Below are positions 21,375 through 30,700 of a stretch of 64,000 nt of DNA, one piece after another. The DNA is from Rebecca billardiae RCC1528 (taxonomy: Eukaryota; Protista; Haptophyta): the NCBI GenBank assembly GCA_965240325.2, contig OZ251227.1, forward strand, positions 3,100,001-3,164,000. Reading direction: 5' to 3'. How positions within the stretch are numbered: the stretch's first letter is position 1; every line of letters starts with the position of its first letter. Under the pieces are notes generated by a model. It searched no databases, had not been told where the DNA came from, and worked only from the letters and a program-made list of their open reading frames with translations. Made by a program: the position numbers and the translations under genes.

Positions 21375-22808
21375 ATGGTGGGCCCCGCCACCTTCCAACT
21401 TGCCTGCGTGCTCCTTGCCGGCGTGCACTCGCCGCTGCACACCTCCACGCGCGTTACGGCGTTGCGCGGGCACGCCGACACGCTCGCGTTCTATGACGAC
21501 GCCTGGCACGCCCACGCCGACCCATCAACCGTGCCGCCGCACGCCGTGCGCTCGGCCGCGACGATCAAGGAGGACTCGCTGCCGTCCTCCTCCTCGCCCG
21601 GGACCTCTACGACCGAGTGGGCCGTGCGCGCGCCGCTCACGTTCGAGTACCGCGTGATCGAAGCGCCGCGCCTCTTCCACCCCGACAACGACGCCCTGCT
21701 CTTCGGCCACCTCGCCCCCGGCTCGGCCGCGCGCGCGCGCGCGCGCGAGCAGCGGCAGCGGCGGCTGGTTGTGATCGACCAGACCGTCGACGAGCTGTTC
21801 GGCGACGGGCTACGCGCGTACCTCGAGGCTCGGCGCGTGGATCACCAGATTGTCGCACTGCCCATGCTCGAGGAGACCAAGGACGTCGACCTCGTTCTCC
21901 AGGTCGCCGAGGCGATGAAGCGCTTTGAGCTCGCGAGGCGCGACGAGCCGGTGATCGCGATCGGCGGCGGCGTCTGCCTCGACGTGGTCGGCCTCGCTGC
22001 GACGCTCTTCCGGCGCGGCACGCCGTACATCCGCGTGCCCACGACGACGCTCTCGTACGTCGACGCCTCGGTCGGCGCCAAGTCCGGCGTCAACTTCATG
22101 GGCTCCAAGAACCGGCTGGGCGCGTATGTGCCGCCCGCGGCCGCGCTGCTTGACCCGAGCTTCCTGCGCACAGAGTCGGCGCGAGGCGTCTCGTCGGGCC
22201 TCGCGGAGATGGCGAAGATGGCGCTGGTCAAGTCGCCCGAGCTGTTCGAGCTGCTCGAGGCGCACGCCGAGCGCCTCGTCGCGCACCGCTTCCAGCCGCT
22301 CTCCGCGCGCGACGGCGTGCCCGGCCGCGTGCTCGGACTGTCAGTCCGGCTGATGCTGGACGAGCTGGCGCCCAACCTGTGGGAGGCGTCCCTCGACAGG
22401 CTGGTCGACTTTGGGCACGTGCTCGGGCAGGAGCTCGAGCTGCGCACGCTCGGCACGGAGCACGAGCTGACGCACGGCGAGTCCGTCGGCGTGGACATGG
22501 CGTTCATGACCGTCCTCGCCGCCGTGCGCGCGCAGATCAGCGAGGCGCAGCGTGACCGCATCCTGGCGATGCTGCGCCGCTGCGCCATCCCGGTGTACAG
22601 TGCGATGGTCGACGAGGCGCTCGTGCTCAGCGCGATGGTCGAGCGCCGCGCGCAGAGCATGGGACAACGACTGCCACTCCCCGTCGGGGTGGGCAAGGCA
22701 CGCATCTTCAACGACGTGAGCGAGGACGAGCTGCTTGGGGCACACCGCGCCTGGACCGACCTCTGCTGCACGCGACCGCCACCGGCGACACCGGCGACGC
22801 GCCGTTAG
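21375..22808 (+). CDS. Sedoheptulose 7-phosphate cyclase, 2-epi-5-epi-valiolone synthase (EEVS)-type
   Basis: GGGVCLDVVG, YIRVPTT, DASVGAKSGVN, KNRLGAY, MLDELAPNLWE, RLVDFGH and HGESVGVDM. In-frame ATG 21375 followed by a signal-like peptide. Confidence 0.88.
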   Translation: MVGPATFQLACVLLAGVHSPLHTSTRVTALRGHADTLAFYDDAWHAHADPSTVPPHAVRSAATIKEDSLPSSSSPGTSTTEWAVRAPLTFEYRVIEAPRLFHPDNDALLFGHLAPGSAARARAREQRQRRLVVIDQTVDELFGDGLRAYLEARRVDHQIVALPMLEETKDVDLVLQVAEAMKRFELARRDEPVIAIGGGVCLDVVGLAATLFRRGTPYIRVPTTTLSYVDASVGAKSGVNFMGSKNRLGAYVPPAAALLDPSFLRTESARGVSSGLAEMAKMALVKSPELFELLEAHAERLVAHRFQPLSARDGVPGRVLGLSVRLMLDELAPNLWEASLDRLVDFGHVLGQELELRTLGTEHELTHGESVGVDMAFMTVLAAVRAQISEAQRDRILAMLRRCAIPVYSAMVDEALVLSAMVERRAQSMGQRLPLPVGVGKARIFNDVSEDELLGAHRAWTDLCCTRPPPATPATRR

Positions 22809-23155
22809 TTGGAGCGCGCGACCACGCGGCGAGGAGGGCGTGCCCATTCGCATCGCACGGGTTCGATGCTGTACCTTTCCTAGATGACGGAATCAGATGA
22901 GGCGGCCGCTGCACGCGCCTTCATCCAGGCGTAGCTACGCCTGGATGAAGGGTGGACGGACGAATACTGTACACCACCGACGTCGGGGGTCCGCCAGATG
23001 AAGTTGGGGACTGTCTTCGGAGCGGGAATCAGAGCAGCCGAGAGACACCCTTCCGACCGGTATGATAGAGCATCAGCGGCTTCGTCAGTACAATACAATG
23101 ATGAGTTCACCCCAGATTCACCCCAGCCACTCCGCTCAGCCGACGCCACGTCACG

Positions 23156-24151
23156 ATGCTCTACGCTGTCACTGGCGCGAACGGCTTCATCGCCTCCCAC
23201 GTGGTGAGCAAGCTGGTCGAGCAGGGCCACAAGGTGCGTGCAACGGTGCGCAAGCCCGACGACGAGGCCAAGCTCGCCCACCTCAAGTCGCTCGGCGCGC
23301 CGGTCGAGATCGTCGTGCTTGCCGACCTCACGTCCGCAGAAGAGGTGGCGCCCGCGCTCAAGGGCTGCGACGGGCTCTTCCACATGGCGGCGGTGCACCC
23401 GACGTACGGCTTCGAGGAGACGCCCGAAGGCGCCGATGCGATCATCGCCCTCGCGGTCGAGGGCACCAAGGCGGTGCTCAAGGCGGCGGCCGCCGCGGGC
23501 GTGAAGCGTGTCGTCCTCACGAGCTCACTCGCGGCCGTCGAGTGTGGCAACGACACGGGCGTGCTGACCGAGGCGACATGGTCAAGGGAGGAGGTGTACA
23601 ACAGCTCAACATCGACGCAGTGGAAGACGCATCACGCGTACGTCAAGTCCAAGACGCTGCAGGAGCGCGCCGCGCTCGCCGCCGCCGCCGAGCTCGGGCT
23701 CGACCTGCGCGTGATCGCGCCGGGCAACCTATGCATCGGGCCAATCCTCAGTACACACATCAACGGCACGATGACGCGCGTGCGCGACGTGGTGCAGGGC
23801 TCAAACACGCTGAAGGGCTGCGCAGACCTCGGTGTAGTCCACGTCTCCGACGTCGCGCACGCGCATGTCGCCGCGATGACCACCGACTCCGCAAGCGGCC
23901 GTTACATCGTCGCGCAGAGCATGGTGCGGCTGGAGGACGTGTTCAGTGCGCTCAAGGAGCTCTGCCCGGACCGGCCGGTGGCGCCGATGACGAACATGGA
24001 CTACGCGTCGGGCACGCCGGGCAAGGCGCGCGCGATTGAGAGCCGCACCGAGGCTGAGCTGGGCGTGCAGTACGTGCCACTCAAGCAGACGCTCAAGGAG
24101 GCGGTCGACTCGATGGTGAGCAAGGGCTTCATCCAGGCCGCCGCCGCGTGA
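23156..24151 (+). CDS. NAD(P)-dependent epimerase/dehydratase / aldehyde-reductase-like extended SDR (DFR/CCR-like)
   Basis: VTGANGFIASHV, FHMAA, VLTSSLAAV and YVKSK catalytic motif. Confidence 0.88.
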   Translation: MLYAVTGANGFIASHVVSKLVEQGHKVRATVRKPDDEAKLAHLKSLGAPVEIVVLADLTSAEEVAPALKGCDGLFHMAAVHPTYGFEETPEGADAIIALAVEGTKAVLKAAAAAGVKRVVLTSSLAAVECGNDTGVLTEATWSREEVYNSSTSTQWKTHHAYVKSKTLQERAALAAAAELGLDLRVIAPGNLCIGPILSTHINGTMTRVRDVVQGSNTLKGCADLGVVHVSDVAHAHVAAMTTDSASGRYIVAQSMVRLEDVFSALKELCPDRPVAPMTNMDYASGTPGKARAIESRTEAELGVQYVPLKQTLKEAVDSMVSKGFIQAAAA

Positions 24152-24171
24152 AGACTGAATATAAGAACGCA

Positions 24172-24173
<2 letters not shown>

Positions 24174-24254
<81 letters not shown>
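24174..24254. repeat. (TA)n microsatellite
   Basis: Perfect TA run just after the reductase stop codon. Confidence 0.95.
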
Positions 24255-24256
<2 letters not shown>

Positions 24257-24748
24257 CGACGTGGTATGCACTGACGGGCAGGCGAGTCAGAGTCAGCAAG
24301 CTGTACAGCAGCAGATCGAGCAGCAGAGACAGCAAACACCAGCGGATCACAGCGCTCCTCGCCGTCGTCCCCCCTCCCCCTCGTAGCCGCCCATCACTCC
24401 AATCTCCATCGCCGAGCGGAAGCTCGACGCACCGTCTGGCGTCGACGCGCGCGCGCCACCGCGGTGGTCGCGGTGCCGCACGCGTCGTCCGAGCCGTCGT
24501 CTCGAAGTAGTCCGGTCGTACGCAGCGCCCCCCGCGGGCGCGTGACCCCCGGGCGCACGTGCGCCATGCGCGCGCGGGCGATGAGCATCTTGGCCTGGCC
24601 ACGCAGCCGCAGGCAGCGCATGCCCAGCTCGCGCCGCATGGTGCCGAGCAGCGCGCGCTCGGCGGCGGGGCGCGATCGGGCGCGCTGAGGCCGCGCGCGC
24701 CACGTGTCCCGTCCCCTCTTCACGGGCGTGATCTTAGTGAGGGTGAGG
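24254..24748 (-). mobile_element. Degenerate, more truncated copy 2 of the (TA)n-associated non-LTR retroelement
   Basis: Reverse complement matches ~8841-9290 (AAERALLGTMRRELGMRCL; 3' end ..CATACCACGTCGTTA) with indels; TA-rich runs on both sides. Confidence 0.85.
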
Positions 24749-24956
24749 AATATATCTATATAGATATATATAGATATATATACATATCTATCTATCTATC
24801 TATATTCGGAGTATTACTCCTGCTAAGACTATAGGCTACAATTCAGCACTCAGCAGCTGCAGACTGTAGTAGCTACGGAGTACCGTATGATCGGGCCGGG
24901 CTGCGTGTAGCAGGCTGGGCACCACTCCTCGTCCAGCGACCGCGGGCTGCGCATCG

Positions 24957-26438
24957 TCAGTCGCCGTTCTCCTCCGTCATCTTGCCGATGCACAGGTCGA
25001 CCTTCGCCCAGCGGTTGCCCGACCACACGTTGCGTGCGAGCAACACGGGCACGTGTACGCAGTGCTGCGCGATGAATGGCAGCGGGTCAGCAGCGTCCCA
25101 GTACGCATCCTTCTTGCTTGCGAAGATGTGCAGCGCTGCGCGCGCGCGCTCGAGCACCGAGAGCCCGCGCGGCGCGAGCACCTCGTAGTACAGATCGGCC
25201 AGCGTCCAGTTCACCTCCTCCGCGGCCGGCACCGGCTGCACCGCGTCCGCGGGCGCGTCCGCGTTGGCCGCCATCGCACTCGGTTCCGCGAGCAGCGCGC
25301 GGCCAAAGTCGGCCATGTTGCGGTGGTACGAGGTGACGTTGGACGAGAGCCGTGGGTTGCACTCGATCGCGCGCGCCACGCCGTCCTCGCCGACGAAGAA
25401 GTCGATGCAGACGATGCCGCTCAGCTTGTACGTGCGCACGAAAGCGCTCACCCAGTTGAGGATGGCCGAGTTGCCCGCGTGCGTGTAGTTGAAGCACGAG
25501 ATTGACGCCTGGTTGTCCGTGAAGGTGAGCACGCGCCCGTCAGTGCACAGCGCGCACGAGGAGTACTCGACGCCCTCGAGCACCTCCTGCACGAGCCACG
25601 GCGCCTCCGCGCTCACGGCGAGCCCCGAGACGTACGCGCGCAGCTGTTGCTCCGCGCACGGCAGCTGGAAGAGGTCGAGCCTGCGCATCGGGTCGTAGTT
25701 GCACGACTTGAGCAGGTAGCGCTTGGGCGAGTGGCGCGGGAGAGCGGCGTTGAACGCGAGGATCTCGTCCATCGAGCGCATCCGCTGCGTGTCCGGCATG
25801 GGTAGCCCCGCCTCCTTCGCCTTCCGCGCGAACACGACCTTGTCGTCAAGCGCGAGCACGTCCTGCTCACAGAGCGACCAGCTGCGCACGCCCGGCGGGA
25901 GGCGCGAAAAGGCGCGCGCCTCGTACCGGCTGGCGGAGGGCGAGGTGACCGGCACGACGAGACTTGCGCCCTCGCGCTCGACCAGCTCGCTGATCGCGCG
26001 CTCGAACGCCTCGGACTGCTGCTCGGGGACAGGCACCGTCACAAACCTGTCCACGTGCCTGGAGAAGCGCGACGCCACCATCCAGTACTTGCGCGTCTCG
26101 ACGAGGATGACGCGGCAGCCCGCGGCGCGGAGCGCGCGGCACATGACGAGCGACTTCGTCATCTTACCGCCCGTCACGATCGCCGTCTTGCCGTTGAGCG
26201 CCAGCGGGCGCTCGCGGCCGCGCTTGCGCAGCCACTCGAGCGCCGCGCCGACGATCGCAGCCGTCACGACAAGGGGCGCGAGCATGGCGAGGCAGCCGAG
26301 GCAGAGCAGAGACCACGCGCGGGGCTCAATCATGTCGCGCAGGGAGCGCGCATGCGTTGCCACCGGCGAAGCCTCGCCCTGCTGCGCGCGCAGCGCATCC
26401 CCGACTCCGCGCGGCTCGATCGTGCAGGGCAGGCACAT
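24957..26438 (-). CDS. mysC: ATP-grasp ligase, MysC-like (mycosporine-glycine synthase type)
   Basis: TGGKMTKSL, ETRKYW..SRFS, LDDK, LKS..YDPMRRLDL, IECNPR, DPLPF and K.DLCIGK, all characteristic of MysC. The start could be 26438 or 26333. Confidence 0.88.
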   Translation of the reverse strand: MCLPCTIEPRGVGDALRAQQGEASPVATHARSLRDMIEPRAWSLLCLGCLAMLAPLVVTAAIVGAALEWLRKRGRERPLALNGKTAIVTGGKMTKSLVMCRALRAAGCRVILVETRKYWMVASRFSRHVDRFVTVPVPEQQSEAFERAISELVEREGASLVVPVTSPSASRYEARAFSRLPPGVRSWSLCEQDVLALDDKVVFARKAKEAGLPMPDTQRMRSMDEILAFNAALPRHSPKRYLLKSCNYDPMRRLDLFQLPCAEQQLRAYVSGLAVSAEAPWLVQEVLEGVEYSSCALCTDGRVLTFTDNQASISCFNYTHAGNSAILNWVSAFVRTYKLSGIVCIDFFVGEDGVARAIECNPRLSSNVTSYHRNMADFGRALLAEPSAMAANADAPADAVQPVPAAEEVNWTLADLYYEVLAPRGLSVLERARAALHIFASKKDAYWDAADPLPFIAQHCVHVPVLLARNVWSGNRWAKVDLCIGKMTEENGD

Positions 26439-26639
26439 CGTCGTCAGAATCGTCGGGAGACTACGAGAATACTACTACAGTCTTAGGAATCATCTATCGA
26501 TCGAGGAATCCGAGCGCGCGGGAAAAGCTGGTACTGTACAACGCGCGGATTCTCACGTCCTCGAGTCGCAGCGGCCCCGTTGTCACAGGCGACCACCCCA
26601 GTTCTCCAGGATCGTGATCCTTCCGCGCCGTGCGCGACG

Positions 26640-27782
26640 ATGCCAGCGGCCGAGGACAAGATGCGCGTGGTGCATCTGATGGGCTCCGCCGTGTCGGCGT
26701 ACTACGAGAGCCTGAGCACATTCTACGCGCAGGGCTGCGTCGACGGCGCGCAGGACGAGCTGACACGCGCCCACTTTGACTTTGCGTTTGCGATCGTGCA
26801 CGCGACCGCGGATGGGCCGCGCTGGTCGTTCCCAGCCGAGCTCTCCGAGAAGGCGATCGCGGCCGCGCCGCGTCTGACGCACGCGGAGGGTGTCCAATGC
26901 CTTGCCGCGATCGACGCCGACGTGTGCGTGCCGCACATGTTCTGCTACCCCGGCATGACCACCTATCGCGCCCTGCTCGACATGCTGGGCGTGCCGATCC
27001 TGGGTTGCCCGCCGGCGTGCATGGCGCTGGCGACGGACAAGTTCCAGACGCGCGCGGTGGTCGCGGCGGCGGGCGTGCGCGTGCCAACGGGCGAGCTCCT
27101 CCGCGCGGGCGAGCGCCCCAGCCTCGCGCTTCCCTTCGTGCTCAAGCCGTGCCGCGAGGACAATTCTATGGGCGTCTCGGTCGTGCGCCGGCCAGAGGAG
27201 CTCGACGCGGCGCTCGCCGAGGCGTTCCGCTTCGACGAGCGCGTGGTGTGCGAGCAGTTTGTGCCACCCGGCCGCGAGATCCGCTGCGCCGTGATCGAGG
27301 ACGAGCACGGCGAGCCCACGCGCGTGCTGCCGTGCCTCGAGTACTTTCTGAGCGAGGAGCACCCGATCCGCACGCCAGGGGACAAGCTGGCGAGCAGCGA
27401 GGACGGCAAGGTGACGGGGCTCGCGTCCGGAGCGCGCAAGTGCCCGGCGGAGCTGTCGGACGAGCTGCGCGCCAAGCTCGCGGATGCCACGATCCGCTCC
27501 CACCGCGCACTGGGCTGTCGCGACTTCTCGCTCTTCGACTTCCGCGTCGACCCGGAGGGCGAGGTGTTTTTTCTCGAGGCGTGCCCGGTGTGCTCCTTCT
27601 CGCCAAAGAGCGTGATCGTCTCGCTGGCGGACGCGGCGGCCGACGCGGATGTGGCGCACCCGGCGCTCTTCCACACGCTGCTCCGCCGGGCAGCTGGACG
27701 AGGCCAGAAGTGCAAGCCCAAGGCCAAGCCAGACGAAAAGCCAGTGCAGGTCTTTGGCATGCATGCAGACTGTGCGCGGTAG
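26640..27782 (+). CDS. mysD: D-Ala-D-Ala ligase-like protein, MysD-like (disubstituted MAA synthase type)
   Basis: HLMGSAVS.YY..LS..YA, PHMFCYPGMTTYRALLD, KPCREDNSMG, SLFDFRVD and FLEAC..CSFSPKS; divergent from mysC. Confidence 0.88.
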   Translation: MPAAEDKMRVVHLMGSAVSAYYESLSTFYAQGCVDGAQDELTRAHFDFAFAIVHATADGPRWSFPAELSEKAIAAAPRLTHAEGVQCLAAIDADVCVPHMFCYPGMTTYRALLDMLGVPILGCPPACMALATDKFQTRAVVAAAGVRVPTGELLRAGERPSLALPFVLKPCREDNSMGVSVVRRPEELDAALAEAFRFDERVVCEQFVPPGREIRCAVIEDEHGEPTRVLPCLEYFLSEEHPIRTPGDKLASSEDGKVTGLASGARKCPAELSDELRAKLADATIRSHRALGCRDFSLFDFRVDPEGEVFFLEACPVCSFSPKSVIVSLADAAADADVAHPALFHTLLRRAAGRGQKCKPKAKPDEKPVQVFGMHADCAR

Positions 27783-30700
27783 ATAGTTATCTTAGAAGTA
27801 TATCTATGGCAGGCTTATTGGCCACGCCAGCCGGGGCGGGAGATGACGGGCCTGGCCTATCCGAGCGTCCCGCTGCCATCAGCAGGCCCAAGCGTAGGGG
27901 CTCCGCCCGGCTCCGGCCTACTATTGCCTATTATGGCTATTGATGGTCCGCGCCACCCGAATCGCGGACCTCGCCCTGACACTCTGAAGCGCCATGCTCC
28001 GAAGATATAACTTATATATAAGCTCCAGCCGCCCTGGCCGAAGCCATAGTGTGCCGAAACGGACCATGCAGTCCAGGCTGCAGTCCCATCCGACCCCCGG
28101 ACGGCGAGCACACAGTGTTGTTCAGTGACTGACGTCGACGACGCGACACCGCCGAGTACTCCGTAGAGCCCGTACTCACGTAGTCCGTACGACTAAGCTA
28201 CGACGACGTCGTACTGATGACACTGATGATGCTGTGATGACGACAAAGCTCTGTCATGATGCTGCGATCATTATTATCGGTAATGGCGCACGCCCCCCCC
28301 CCCCGAAAGGTCTGAGCGTGAGCGAAAGCCGGGGGGGGGGCGGCGCACGTGCTCCGCAAAATCAAAAAGAGGATGCGCGCAGGATTTTGGGGATCGATTT
28401 TTGTGGGTGGCCTTACCGTACGTATGAGTGGATTTAACTGCCAATGATTGCGTTTGTAGTAGATGATGCTAATTTTAACGATAGTAACACTTAGGGGAAT
28501 GCCGGGTGGAATAGCACATAGCACCAGCCGTGTGTTCGAACATTCCGTCATAGTAAGATGCTTGAATTGTAAGAGCCTGAAACAGCTCGCCAACCATAGA
28601 AAAGAGAGGTTGAGTCAGATTTTATGTCGCTTGAAGTAAAGAATTATTATGCCAGCATCTGAAGTCATGATTCATGAACCGTCGCTTCTCAGTGGCGGAT
28701 ATCATCAGGTTAAGGCCGTTAACTCGTTAAGCCCCTTGTTAAAAGCCCCTTGATTACCCTTGATTCATACACGGGTAATGTCTTTTAAAGCCGGAAGGCG
28801 CTCAAAATACCCAAGTGGGCACTGGGTGCCGGGTGGCCCGCGAAGTAAAGTACAGTTTATTTGTTTTAACGTGCGTAAGGCTCACGGTGGCAGGTTGCCG
28901 CGCCATCCTTCATCGCACGCTCTCCGAAGAGAGACCTGGAAACTGGGGGTTTGAACCCATGACCTCAGACGCAAGAGCACGCCAGTACTCCCACAGTTTA
29001 CTATTCTGGTGAACACAGCTTTAAACAATTTCAATTCGTGACAAAGCCCTGGGAGACCCAGCTCCGACCCCCTTTAATTGTGTGTCACCTACTGCTGAGC
29101 AAAGTAATACCGGAGTAGGAATACGAAGAATGGGGCCTCAAACGTTTTTTGATTAGGCACGCCTCGGGAATCGAGAACGCATGTCGTTACCTTTTTGAGC
29201 GCGCGCCATAGGGATGTCGTTGCGACTCCCACAAATCTGGCGGCGATCTTACCGGTACCCCCTTACCCGGTACCGCCTTACGCCCTTCCCCAAACTCCCG
29301 CCTCGAGAAGCGCGGAGGGGTTGTCTTGACCGTGCTCGACATGGCCGCGTCGGCTGGCGATATCGTGCACGAGATCGATTTGTTCGTGCTGTACGCGGCG
29401 TGTGTCATGCAGATGAGGAAGCGGAGCGCGGCGGCGTGCGCGCAGTTCGCCAACGTGCGTGCAGCCCTGGCCATTCTCATTCGCCGGTACCGCGGCGTGG
29501 GCGACGCGGGCGACGCGCGCATTTCGAACACAACCTCCAACAACGTCGCGCGCTGGGACGAGCGCGTCGCCGGGCTGCGCGCGGCCGAACTGCGCGACGA
29601 GCCGTTTGTCGAGCTGGCGCGCCTCGCCGTGCAGCCGCACGACGCCACGCGTTCGGGCGCGCGCGCGCCCGCGGCCTCGCACCCAAACTGCGAGACGCCG
29701 GCGGCGCTCGACGCGTGCCTCGCGCAGCTGCGCGCGCGGCTGGCGAGCACGCTGAACGACGTGGACGAGGCGCGCAACGCGGAGCGTCGCGACACACGCC
29801 GCGCGCAACGAGCCGCCCCGCGCGTGGCGCGCGACCCCGCCGCGACCGACGCGGTCGCGCGCCAACACGGCGCGCAGCGGCAGCAACGCGCACGACGCAC
29901 GCGCAACCCCACGCGCCGGCCAGAGCTGCAGTTGCTGCACGACTACCACGCGTCGACGGGCGGCTTCCGCGTGGCGAACAGCATGCGCCTCGCCGCGCGC
30001 CCGCCCGACGCGCCGGTCAGCGACGGCTGCAAGCCTACGCCATGCAGTCGGTTGTGCCCCGTGCGCCGCTCGCCCCGCACCTGCAGACCCGAGACCGGTG
30101 GGTCATCCGCGGTGCGTGCCGTTGCCGCGCCGTCGTGCCCGAGCGGCCGTGCGCAGCGACGACTGCATCGACGGGCGCCTCGCCGTGCGCCTCGGTGGGC
30201 TGCGTGCAGAACCGCGGTGGCGGTGCGGTACCGTGCTGCCGGCGTCGCGCGCGCGCGCCTGCGGCGCGCCACCGGATGATACCGTTAGTCAGCGCTGAAC
30301 GGCCAACTCGTCCCATCGTCTTCGGGTATGCCGGCCCTAACCAGCTTAGGACGCGCTGTGTTCGACCAGCCCCACCGGGAAAAGGCCGCTAGGCCCCCGC
30401 TGTTTTATTAACGTGCACACTTGGTTTACATTTTACTAAGAATAAGAGACGCATCACACAGCTCAAGTCAGGCAGGCGAGATTGCAGTATCATAATATCT
30501 CCCTTGATGATATGTACCCTGGTCGCGCGGGCAGGCAGTGGCAGGAAGGAGTTGGAGTGCTGAACCGAGGCAGCTCGGAGGGTGTCCACCGCCCACGCAG
30601 GCCGCTGCCGCACGATCGTTCAATCCGACAGACTCAGCGCAGGTGCGCGCAGCTGCGGCGGGTCCCAACGGCCGTCGGCATCGCATTCGTGCCTCGCTCA

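Noticed and set aside
21030-22808. 3-dehydroquinate synthase (AroB) or canonical MysA call, and the 592 aa ORF start at 21030
   Set aside because: The PNLWE and RLVDFGH motifs and the gene context point to an EEVS-type cyclase; the sequence upstream of ATG 21375 does not look protein-like.
26240-26330. Hydrophobic N-terminal segment of MysC as a eukaryotic signal peptide
   Set aside because: As I recall, bacterial MysC proteins have a similar hydrophobic N-terminal helix, so it is not evidence of targeting.
26640-27782. Peptidoglycan D-Ala-D-Ala ligase or bacterial contamination
   Set aside because: It has a MysD-type N-terminus, lies next to mysC, and is embedded among intron-containing eukaryotic genes and eukaryotic repeats.
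28305-28330. Hammerhead ribozyme (CTGA...GAAA)
   Set aside because: It lacks the CUGANGA core and a stem III with a UH cleavage site.
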